From Intoshia linei (Eukaryota; Animalia; Orthonectida): a stretch of 64,000 nucleotides of DNA. The stretch is from the NCBI GenBank assembly GCA_001642005.1, contig LWCA01000040.1:1-64000 (forward strand), given 5' to 3'. Numbering within the stretch: the stretch's first letter is position 1; every line of letters begins with the position of its first letter. Shown here piece by piece: positions 26,967 through 39,096 of this stretch. A program made the translations under genes and the position numbers. The notes under the pieces were generated by a model, which was given only the letters and a program-made list of their open reading frames with translations, was not told where the DNA came from and did not search any database.

Positions 26967-29900
26967 TTACCAAATTTGGCGATGTGGTCGTTTAACTGAT
27001 TCTTTACTTTCGCCTTGTGCCTCAACTACTTTCACTTTACTTCGACAGCATAATTTCCAAAAAATCCATACAATTATATCGGATAACATTTCAAAATATT
27101 CGAAAAAGGATAATACAGATATTCCCAAGTATAGGCCCATCGCACCACCGAAATCCGATAAATAATTTGCCAACTAAATGATAAATTTTATTTTATGCTA
27201 TAACATTTATAAATTTAACTATTATTATTATTAATATTAAATTAACGGTTTTTTTTGCTTTCTAATCGTGTTAACTGAGGCGAACCTACATCAGAGCCCG
27301 ACCCATAATAAGGAGGGCTAGATATTATTTACTATTTACAATAATAAATAAATAAAAAATAGTAAATATAATTTTTTACGAATATTTTAACTTAATACTG
27401 AATAAGATTCTTGTTCTTGGATTAATTCCAAATTGAGTTCCTCAAAATAAATCTCCACTTTTGCTAAATTATTTCCGTGTGCTGTATTATCAATTATAGT
27501 CTTAGCTAAATCACTTTTAGCTGATAAGGAAGATAGTACATCGGCCTAGATTAAAAGAATGTCAAATTTAAGATACATTGCATATGCAATTTAAATGTTA
27601 TATCAATTTTTTTACCTCGGAAGCTTTTGATGGCCAAATTGTTGAAAAAACGTTCAATACATAAGTCTTGAGGCTAATTTTATTATTATAATATTGATGA
27701 TATTAAAAAAATTTTCTCCGTCCTTCCGAGTTTGTAAGAAATATGACATTTCATTACGATAGGGTGCGGACATTTAATGCAACATTTGCAACGACGTTAT
27801 AAATTTGTAAGGGTTCCTGGAAAATAATTACTTCCCGTCCTTGTTGTTCCTAACTGCTTATATAAACATGATCTTTAGAATCACGGTATAACTAATTCGT
27901 AGAACAAACGTATTAAATTTTTTGATTACATACAGCAGTGCTTTCGAACCGGTGTGTCGTGACACTTGTGTGTGTCGCCAATGATTTCCAGGTGTGTCAC
28001 CAAACTTATAATTTTAGTTAATTTTTTTTAAATTCCATTAGCAGACAATACAATTGGAAGACGTAAAAATGCAAGTCAAAGATATTTTTATTGATGATGA
28101 TAAATTTTACATAGCTTATTTTAAGATTATTATTAGAAAAAAATTAGTTCAACTATATTTATTAATCAATCGTTTATTTTTTTGATTGGTATGTCGCGAA
28201 ATTTTTTAAGATTGAAAGATGTGTCGCTAACCAAAAATAGTTGCAAATCACTGACATGCAGGGACAAAACGGTATAATAGAAAAGATAAGGCTTACTCGC
28301 ATGGTGATTCACAATGAGTGCATGTTATGTTGCCAGCAATAAAGCTTTCAATTACGGAATGAACGCATATATCTAAATTTTAAATAAATTTTAATGAAAA
28401 TTATATGAAATAAAAATATGGGCGCATCAAGCTATAATTGTAATACTATATTGTAAAAATGAAATCAGAAAGGTTCACTTTAAAAATAAACATATGACCA
28501 CATCAGGATTGGAACTCATAGCTCGTACAAAATAATTAAATATCTATGACCAGTGGTCATTGATCACTTTTACGTTTGCCATCAAAATGCATTATATCAA
28601 AATTATTATTCTAATATGAAATATTCATGATTAATAATAATGATAATAATTTGATTAATGATAATATCACGTTTATCAGTTTTATCAATTTTTTATGTAT
28701 GATTAAAATAACTAGCTAGATTTACATAACAGTGTAATAAATTACCGTGTTGTTGGTTTGTTGTGCTGCACATGACCGGTGCGTTTATATCTGCATATGC
28801 TACACCCTTTATAGCAAATTTTATATCGTAACAATTACATCTTTTCATTATTTCAATTTGTTCACAAGTTTTTTGACAAGCCTTTTTAACAAAATACATA
28901 AATTATATTCATAGACATATGTCCAAAAAAAGCTAAAATTTTTTGAGTCGGGAATGTTTAATAAAACCAAACAGAAAATTCATTTATCGACAATCAGACA
29001 GTGTCAAAGTCAAAATGAACACTGTGGTTTTAAACATCTAATTGAAAATATTTAAAAATTTTTATTCTACAAAGAATTTTGATGAATATTTTAGGTAATA
29101 ATATAATAGATAGTTTATGAAATGGATCGGGTAGTAGGTTACCAATCAAAGTGTAATATTATATACTATTGTTGAATATCTTGTCCAATAATACATCTCT
29201 TGGTATGCATTTATACTTTTATGATTTGAAGTTGGTCCTACTTTTATACAGCTACCAAATTTACCACCCAAGCGCTTGACTTCTTTCTAAAAATGCAAGT
29301 ACATGTAACGAGCAACTCATGAAAAATTTATTTAAATTTATTTTTTAAATTAGAATGTTTAATCAATGTTATGTTCGCATTTACATTCATAAATAAAACA
29401 CATTAAAGTCGTAAATAATATATTTTTTGAGCAGAATTTTCGATTTGACGTTATAGGATATGCGGTCATCTCTGCAATTGACATCTTGACTATCAAAAAA
29501 GGTCATTAACATTTAAATATTAAAGTTTCTAGTTTTTCTTGTGCAACGAAATTAGTTTCATAAAAACTGTAAAATTCTCAGAATGAGCTATTACATTCCG
29601 AAAAAAATTTCCAAGGAATGAATTATATAGATTTTTACCCACATTTCTTTATTGGAAATGTGTAGACGTTCAATGCACATTTTTTTTTGAAATTGTAGGA
29701 TCAATATTGAAAAGTTGAAATTTTGTATTTATATTAACTTGAATAAACTCTATCATAATAATCCTTTTTATTAATTTTAGGACCGTTAATTATTTCAAAT
29801 TTTTATTTTAATAAAATATTTCGAAAAAAATATATGAAAACTAAAATGCTTTTTTGACCGTGAAGGCGTCACTTAATCAGATTCAAATTTTTTGTGTTTG

Positions 29901-31451
29901 TTAACAGGATACAACTATACCACCTGTAAATTTTTTTAAATTATAGGGCTGTTTTCATTAAAAAAATGTCATTTGGGGTTTTGGCAATGAAGATATTATT
30001 TTTTTAAATTTAAATTTATGATAATGTTGATGATTTTAAAATCCGTATCATCGTATATATTTTTTTAAATTCTCCAACTCGTTTGATTTTCCAAAAAAAG
30101 GCAATTAGGCTTTTTGAACCGTAAGATGTGAGTTTGGAAGTTCGAAATTTATTTTTCTAACACCTCCGGAAAAAACTGTAACTGAAATGTGGACTTTATA
30201 AAATTTAAGACTGGTAGTTATTGAAATAAACGGTAACACACACGCACACACACAACAAACAAATATTTCATATCATATTATATAAGTCAGGATATTAAAG
30301 AATCCCTTCTAAATTCTAACAAGTCTAGTCTGTCAAGAAAAAGTGATGATGGCACAATAATTTATATATTAAGTTAAAAATTAACCATAGTTATTCCAAT
30401 GCTCGTTATTTGACCGGGTGAAACATCTACTCCATATTCTTCGGGGAAAGGCATAGCATTTGCATCATGAATCACAACTCGAAAGCCGACCTTTTCTGTC
30501 AATCGTATGTATTCGTCCTGGTGTGCATTTAAAGTTAAAACGAGACCTTAGTTAAAATTAGTTAAAACATAAAATGAATCATAAAATCTAAAAGCAATTA
30601 TAAAATAAACCATTTAATGGCCCAGTGAAAAAGCTATGCAAAGGGAAATTATCCAGACCCAAATTTAAAATGAAGCAGTTTCCATAAAGGTAATTGTAAA
30701 TCTTTTGAATTTTTCTATAAAAAAATGTAAAGTTTTCACTATCAATTAAAATACTTCAATGAACATTTATATCCTTCAAATTGACAATCTAATATCAAAT
30801 CGTCCATCTGATGTCCCAAATTGAATCGGTCAGATTCACTTAGAGTGTATAAATATTCCGTGACAATATTTAATTGTTGTATTTTAAGGTTTTTTTCTGA
30901 CGATAGACCTTTATTAGCCATATCCAATGCTCGTTGATCGCTTTTTGGTGGAGGTGCAGCTTATTCAAATAAAATAATATGCATTATTTAGTAATTTTAC
31001 CTGGAGTAAGTAAAATATGACTAAGTAAGACATTGTCCACCTTAGATTTTCGAATATTGTTCGAATTGCAAATGGTTACAGCAGGAAATCGTAAATATTT
31101 ACTATGTGTGATTGATATTTTATTATTTACCTAAAAATTTAGAATGTAAAATTTAAAATTTTTACATCATAAGCGAGAAAATTTTCAGTGATCCATAATG
31201 TATTTACAATCCAGGTACTTAATGCGGCAACAGTTAAAAGGATCCAAAACATTTTTTTTAGTATACCTGAAAATTTTAATTTTATTTTAATAAAACTTTA
31301 TACATATACCTATCGCATAATAAATGTGGGTGACACCATGCGTGGATGAAGTTTCTATAAATCCATACAAAATGTTTCGAAAGCTTATTCGCACATATGG
31401 TACGTCTTTATATTCTTCTTCAACTTTATAATAATACCACTTTTTAAACAT
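26967..31451 (-). CDS. DEG/ENaC (amiloride-sensitive) sodium channel subunit, about 12 exons
   Basis: N-terminal TSSTHG motif, TM1 (MFWILLTVAALSTWIV), LRFPAVTICNSN, GHQMDDLILDCQFEG, YGNCF, GFRVVIHD...PFPEEYG, Cys-rich thumb ACQKTCEQ...RCNC, IYFEELN, and TM2 YLSDFGGAMGLYLGISVLSFFEYFE. Confidence 0.95.
27936..28253. mobile_element. hAT MITE in an ENaC intron
   Basis: CAGTGCTTTCGAAC...GTTGCAAATCACTG with TSD ACATACAG/ACATGCAG. Confidence 0.8.
29590..30293 (-). mobile_element. Helitron-like repeat copy
   Basis: Collinear with the copy at about 6.2-6.9 kb; ends ...tatataagtcagga(t). Confidence 0.75.
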
Positions 31452-31612
31452 TTCCTATTGACGCATTACATTAACTAAATTTTATAATTGTCAGTTTGTG
31501 ATTTATAGGTAACGAAATATTAGTAACTAGATAATACAAACCGCTTTAAACAAGGTAAATTAAAGTATATTCTTTTATATAATTAATAGTAACAAAATTA
31601 GGATAGTTTTAT

Positions 31613-34600
31613 TCAATTGTTGGTGTTAATTTGGTGCATATATTTAGAAAATCTTTTAGATAAAACAATGCACACCATAATGACGCTTGCTACAAGAAGA
31701 ACGTTAACACAGGTTAACACTGATGAAAAATATGTTGACCATGTATTCGATTCTTCCAGGAGAACAGTCTGCTTTTCTAATCTTTCAAATTCTGGAAAAT
31801 TTTCTGATAGTTTTGATATCGGGCCTGGTGGACCTTGTGGGCCCGGTAGACCTCTTCTACCTATAATGAGAATCAATTAATTTACATAATTATTTACATA
31901 TTTACACTTCACAATACCTTCAATTCTACCTCAATTATTTTTACTATTAGTGTTAATTTTTATAAAATTATAACTTTCGATAAAATAAAAAGTAAATAAA
32001 GTAGAATTGAATTTAAATATAGAAAGTGAATAACAAAACATGGTGATAACAGTTTATCACAATAAAAATGAGAATTTGGAATTTAAAAATTGCGTAGCAA
32101 TAAAAAAAATTCCGAAGGAATGAATTATATAGATTTTCAAACATATTTCTTTATTGGAAATGTGTAGACGTTCAATGTAAATTTTTTTTGAAATTGTAGA
32201 ATCAATATTTAAATTTTCAATTTTTGATTTTTGATTTTTGATTTTAATCGAAATATTTGAAAAATATTGGTTGATAATATATTAAAAGTATTTATGTAAA
32301 TTAAATTTTATTTGCATTTATTCATAAATAATATAACAATTGAAGTGGTTAATAGTATTAGTCACATGAATGTGTTGTCAATTATAAATTTAAATAAAAA
32401 TTATAATCTGATTGTTTTTTATAATTATATACTTATTACATGAACATTACATTTACATATATATCATGTATAACATAAAATTGATATTATAAATCATGTT
32501 CATATACAATATTCTCTTTAGAGTTCACCAATTTGCTAGTTTACATGTATTTCCACCTTTTCTATATATCTCAATACCAAAATCATACATATATTTCTAA
32601 TTGATATCTAATTTCGGATTTTAAATCTAATTATAAGTTTTATTATATACTAGCTTGACTGTTAAGTACTTTGTACAAACAGTGTTCTAGCCTATGCCGA
32701 GGGAGAACTTATTTAATTCTATTAAAAAAATAAATTAACAATAAATAAATAATAAAATCTTCTTAAAAATGCTACATTCACTATTACCCATACTTTAAAG
32801 AAGTGTTTCCTAAACTTGAATTTCACATATACAAAAAAACTTAAATAATAAATTTCTTTTAATACCGTGATTGCGTCACTTTGTCAGATTGAAATTTTTT
32901 GTGTGTATTAACTGGATATTAACTTTTTTTAAATTCTAGCACTATTTTCATTTCTAATACCAGATAATATATCGTTTTGATCGTGAAATATACATCTTTT
33001 TTGATCTTGCTGTTTATGATAATGATAATGATAAAAAAATAATACTAAAATCAATGTTTTATTAGATTTTTAGGCTGATTCTTTTAAAAAAAAAAAGTGG
33101 AAATTGTGTTTTTGATCCTTAAGCACTTAAATTTTAAAACTAAAAAATAGATAAAAACAAGCTCTAGAAAAAACAGTATTAAAAATTTGGTTTTTTAAAT
33201 TATACGACTTTCAATTTTTTAAATAAACGGTAACAGACACACACATAAATTTATTTTTACATAAGTAAAGGATTTCATTATAAATTTTTTTTCAGTATTA
33301 TTTTCATTGATATAATTAAAGTAGAGACACCAAATCAAAATTTTTGAGCAATTTTTGATTCTCACATTAGCATTTTCAAAACATTTTGTTTAAAAATTAA
33401 ATGTTTATAAGTGAAATTTCAATAAAATATGTTTTTAGTGCATAATACATAATAGTTACTACATAAAACACCAAAATGCAGTGACGTGGAGAACCAACGT
33501 TGCGACAGGGTCTGATATAAATAGAACTGAAATAATGTAATACCTGCTATTCCAGTTTTCCCAGTAAATCCTTTTTGTCCTCTTGGGCCCATTGGACCTG
33601 GCATACCTATTTATACATAAAAGTTAATACAAAGTTAATAGTTACCCAAATTTCCCATTAAACCTATATTTCCTTTTTTTCCAGTTGGACCAGTGTCTCC
33701 TTTTAGACCTTTGTCACCAAATTGACCTTTTGGACCTGGTTCTCCGTTATAACCACGTTCTCCCTTTCCACCATTCAAACCATTAAGTCCATTTGTACCA
33801 TCAACTCCATTATATCCTTGATTTCCTCTATAACCTTTCTCTCCTCTCTCTCCTGGAAAACCTAAAATTAAGATTTGCAAACCGAAATTCTATTTTATTA
33901 AATACCTATAGGTCCAATGTTTCCTTTTGAACCTATACCCATTTGACCTTTGTCTCCTAAATATACAATTTATGAACAATATGTAATTATTAGGTAAATT
34001 TTTTTAAAATATAATTGTTATTAAAACCTCATTACTTTTTTTCAGTTAGTTTATTTTGTTTTGGTATGAGTAGAAAAAAGTTATACAAAATTAAGGTTAA
34101 GATTTATCATGGTAAAAAATTTCTGTTTAGTGTAGGGGTTCACACACTTTTCACGGTGGACCGATAATAAATTATAAAATTTATCGCAGATCATTAAAAT
34201 GAAATTACTAAACCAAATTAAAAAAAAATTGATTAAAAATGTAATATATTGACTTTTTAAAATCTAATTAGTAAAAAATTTTTAAAAATTATTTCATGAA
34301 CCGGTAAAAACTTTTCACGGACAAATACTGGTCTGCGGACCGGCATTTGAGAAACTTTGATTTAGTCAATATACTAAAAGTGCTCAACTTTATTATAACT
34401 CTATATTCCAGTTTATCATTAACTATACAAGGAAGGAGATTTATTCATCCAAAGTTTTTTAGATTCAAATGATTTTGGATTACAGGGTCTGAAGTAAATT
34501 CAATATTCTTTATAGTATCATCCGTCTCATTGATACTAAAGGACTATTTTTCCGTGTTAATAGTATATTTTAGAGAGTTATAACCATATAATTCGATTAA

Positions 34601-37600
34601 CTCATTATATAATCCCGTTACAGGCACTGCTCTACTAGATCTCCGCAATTATTTACCCATGATAAATGGTTTCAGTTTAACTTAAACCTTAAGTATATAC
34701 TTTTATCGATTTAAGGTTAAATTGATAGTTAAAATAAATTTTTGTAATACTTTTTTCCTGTATCTTGTGTTTACCAAATTTACGTTAATAAAAAGCAAAT
34801 AAAAACTTGAATAATTTATGAAAACACTTACAATAATACAAATAAGGAATATTTAACCAATAACAAATAGATAGAATAATATTAAATCAATAACTCAAAA
34901 AACGATAAAGTTAATAAGAAATGAGTAATATAAAATAAATTAATGTATATAGAATTTAAATTAAATAATTAACGGAAATTCATAAAAATGTGATACATAA
35001 TAAAAAATACCAAAAGATTTTAAAAGTACCTTTAGTTCCTTTATATGACTTTAAGTCTATGTGAGCGATTTCTCCCTTATCACCTAAATTTATATAAAAT
35101 ATATAAATTAATATTAAAAACATCCCTACTTAATTTAAAAGTTGCTAAAATGTGTCAGGAATTAAACCTGTGTGTAATCATATACATATATTAATTGAAG
35201 TTTAAAGTTTAAACTAACAGTCGCAAAAATTTAAAGTCGAAAATATGAAGTCCGTGTTTTCCGGTAAATTTAAAATTCAAAAATTGGACTTTGATGGCCA
35301 CAACCTGGAATAACCCTTTTTTCAAATTAAGTCTTGAAATTTTAAAAATATAAATTCAGAAACAGTTTTAAATGAAAATATTCTTAAACCCAACTATTTT
35401 TACTTTATTTTGTTTTGTTTGTGATATAGAGTTTTTATGGGATATTCCGCAATTCTGTAAAACTGGATTTTTCCCTTAAAGGTTGATAAAACTAAAATCT
35501 TCCTTTTAGGGTTAATAAAATTGGAATTTTCTCTAAAAGGTTTTTAAAACTAAATTTTTTTTTTTTAATGTTGGTAAATTAAGATTTTTAGTAAAAATGG
35601 TTGGAATTAAGTAGACATTATGGATTCCTGATTATTCGAAAATTTGAAAAACCGGTTATCGAATAATTCCGATTATTTGAACAACGATTATCCAATTAAT
35701 CGAAATTTAAAATTTTTAACATGAAATTTAATCATAATCAAAAGAGAATTTCATCTTGTTTTTACATCCAAAATTAATTTCAATTCTTTTTTATGTGTCA
35801 AATAACAGCTTTATAGACAGTAATTTTTTACATGATTTGCGAATCAATCTCACAATTTTTCGAATTTTTGATAAAGTTTCATAAACTAGAGAATGTATGA
35901 TATTTTCGTCACTATTTTCTTCAGATGTATTATTATATGAATATTCACTATTAGAATTAGAAAATAATGATTTATTGATTGCGAAATTGAATATAAGACA
36001 TCACACACAGCTAAGTGTATCGCATGGGAAAAACAAGTTTGATGTAAACAAGGTACTATCCTTCATAATTTCATCATGACACTTTCTCCATCAGTTGTGG
36101 CACAAACGATGTCTATTTATGTCAAGTTCAAATTTGAACATTTTTTCCTTAATAATTTGTACATATTTCTCTGATTTGGTCGATCCAGAAATTCTGATCA
36201 AACCTGTATTATATATTTTAAGTTTTGTATGAATATTTATATTCATGTAATTTCGATTATTAATTCCAGTATATTTATCAAGAGTGAAACTGAACATGGT
36301 TTTATTTTGTAAATCCTGAAAAATTAGACTATTTGATATATTTATGAACATTTTGAAAATCCGATTATTCGAAATATATTCCGATTATTGTAAGCGATTA
36401 ACCGGGTTTGAGATTAATCGATTAATCGGATATCATTCCCTAGTAGACACCCTTTTTAAATAATATAAAATAATTATTGTATAATATTTTTTTATTAATT
36501 ATTCAATATAAAATTAAATCAAACCTTTATGTCCTTTCATCCCCGGACCACCAATTTTACCATCGATCCCTTGAGGACCTAATTGAAAAGTTTATAGTTT
36601 ACAACCATGTTGTTACCTATTGCACCCAGATATCCTCTATCACCTATTAATTAACATTAATACAAAACAGATTAATTTAGTAATTGAATCTTACCTTTAC
36701 TTCCTTTTTCTCCTTTTGGGCCAACATAAGGAGTAGTTAATTTGGTACTGGTACTAGAAGATGTTGTATACGAGGAAGTCGTAGATGAAGAGCTAATTCG
36801 GGATTCACATGTATCACGACCGACAGCATTTAAAATATCATTTGATGATATAATACCAGAATTTGTTCTTAAATCGGAATAATGTATAATTCTGTCGAAA
36901 GATTGAAGATTATACTGGGTTTTAATTTCATCAGCAGTAACTCCCGTGAAAGCTACTACAAAAAAATAATCATACGTTGCTGAAAGAAATCTTAATCGTT
37001 GAATATCTGCATCGATATTGTACTCTGGATCTGTAGATTTAATTTCGTATAATCCATCAGTTAACATAATTACAACCAAGGGAACACTTACTCTTCTACC
37101 TCTAGCTGTATTCATCATTTGTGCTATACTTTCTAGAGCCGCTAATGAATTTGTCTTGGCTCTCGAATCGGGATAAATTGTGCTTTGCTAATTTTAAAAG
37201 TAAACAAAAGATAAATAAATTGTAAATCAATAATCATATAATTAAGAAAATATTCTTAAATGAGTGGTTACCGATTGGGATCCAAAAATATATGCTTTGG
37301 GTTCGTGAGATTTAATAATCACATAAAATAAAAAAATATTTTATCAACTTTTTTTAATTTTAGAATTTTTAATATTTATTACAGACTCGCCACATGCTGT
37401 GAATTCATCCTAAAGCCTAAACGACCGCTACATTTTAATTCAAAAATCTCACTAATAAATTCAATTAATCCCATCATTAATAAAAGTTAATAAAGAATAC
37501 CATTTAAAACCCTCATGGAAAAATCGACTTTTACTCATATTTTTTTGTAAAATCCGATTTTACATAATCTTATAAGCAACAACTTCTTAATCCAAAACCC

Positions 37601-38915
37601 AAAATAAAAAATACAATTTTACCATCATAACTTAAAGGAAAAATTTCTTTTTTTCAATATTGTGTGTTCCACTTTATTGAAATAACTACTAGTCTTAGAA
37701 TTTTATAAAGTTCACATTTCAATTATAGTTTTTTCCGGGACATATAATAAAATAAATTTCAACCTCCCAAACTCACATCTTACGGGTCAAAAATCTTAAT
37801 TGTTTTTTTATTGAAGATTAAACGAGTTAAAGAATTTGAAAAAATATATACGCTGGTACGAATTTTAAAATCATAAACATTATCATAAATTTATATTTAA
37901 AAAAATATATCTTCAGGGCCAAAACTCCAAATTACTTTTTTTTTTTAATGAAGACAGTATTAGAATTTAAAAAAAGTTACAGGTGGTACACTTGTATCCT
38001 GTTAACACACACAGAAAATTTCAACCCGAATAAGTGACGACTTCACGGTCAAAAAGCATTTTAGTATTCATATTTTTTTTTCGAAATATTTTATTAAAAC
38101 AAAAAAAATCAAATAATTAACGGTCCGAAAATTACAAAAAAAAATTATTCTGATAGAGCTTATTCCAGTTGATATAAATACAAAAGTTCAACCCGAGAAA
38201 TCTACACATTCCCGATAAAAAATAATTTTTAATATATTATTAACCAATATTTCAATTAAAATAAAAATATTTTAAATACCTCGTTGCCATTACAATAACT
38301 TTTGAAACCCCTTTTAAATGACATAGCAGAATAAATTCAAAAGCATTTTTACCTTACAAAAAATTTTCCTAATAAGTGAATTTATAAGTTATAAAAATTA
38401 ATAAACATTAAAATTTAAGTTGAAGACATAGCAAACTTATCATGAATGTCTTGAAATTCAAAAAGTCCTTTAAAAATTTAAGCATAATACAAAAGTATCA
38501 TTGACAACCACAAACACCCCACCCAGCCCGATGAGAAACCTATTTACCGTAAATTCGGCTCTGGCTAAATATGAATATTAATATTTTACGAATCAACTTT
38601 GATGAAATTGATAAAAATTTAAATTACCTCAGCAATTTTATCCAATAATGCATCTTTATTCCCAGCAAATGTATCAAAATCAAAAACAACACGCGATGAG
38701 TCACCAAACGTAACAAGTGAAACTCTAATTTCATCGGCTGTAGTTATAGTTAAATTGGAAACAATATCTCGTATAAATATGACTGAAGGTTCATAATTTT
38801 GGTGATACAAAACAGATCCTGATTTATCCTGAATAATGACTAAATCGTATCGACAAATTTCGCTGTTTATGTCGATAAATAAAACAAAAAAAATTAATAT
38901 TATCCAACTATTCAT
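31613..38915 (-). CDS. Signal peptide + vWA + Ser/Thr linker + collagen triple helix + C-terminal transmembrane protein, 9 exons, about 500 aa
   Basis: Exon 1 MNSWIILIFFVLFIDINS...DLVIIQDKSGSV...RVSLVTFG; exon 2 KTNSLAAL...VVIMLTDG...SSSSTTSSYTTSSSTST...GPKGEKGSK; phase-1 Gly-X-Y exons at about 36643-36617, 36578-36525, 35083-35030, 33956-33906, 33861-33645 and 33606-33544; last exon GLPGPQGPPGP...VLTCVNVLLVASVIMVCIVLSKRFSK. Confidence 0.88.
32650..33272 (-). mobile_element. Non-autonomous Helitron copy with both ends
   Basis: CTAG plus the GTAC hairpin at the left (actagcttgactgttaagtactttgtacaaacag) and ...ataagtaaagga(t) at the right. Confidence 0.75.
35619..36442 (-). mobile_element. Internally deleted hAT transposon with transposase fragment
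   Basis: TSD GTAGACAT/GTAGACAC; subterminal CCGATTATTCGAA repeats; FSFTLDKYT...NRNYMNINIH...GLIRISGS then (frameshift) TDGESVM...TCFSHAIHLAVCDVLY, the hAT D..D and CxxH motifs. Confidence 0.88.
37660..38255 (+). mobile_element. Helitron-like repeat copy
   Basis: Reverse complement of the 6.3-6.9 kb family core. Confidence 0.75.
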
Positions 38916-39096
38916 TTTTTTTTAAATTCAAACAACAAAATAATGTATTCACTTGGAAATTCCTTCGACTAGATAATAATATTCTATAAAACTGGATTAT
39001 TATTCTAAAATCTGAAATGTCTAAAATTCTTTATTCAATACGTCTACATAATCTACGCTTGATTAAATTTTTATTGTATTTATGGGAAGAGTACAT

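Noticed and set aside
27262-27322. GC-richer intronic island ending ...AGCCCG...ATAATAAGGAGGGCTAG, loosely like a twister ribozyme 3' half
   Set aside because: The conserved GGTCCCAAG core and pseudoknot partners are missing. An Infernal search would be needed; more likely a SINE or TE scrap.
28495-28562. Minus-strand tRNA-like stretch (GAGTTCCAATCC, terminal TGACCAC/GTGGTCA stem)
   Set aside because: No convincing D-arm or anticodon arm; at best a decayed tRNA-derived repeat.
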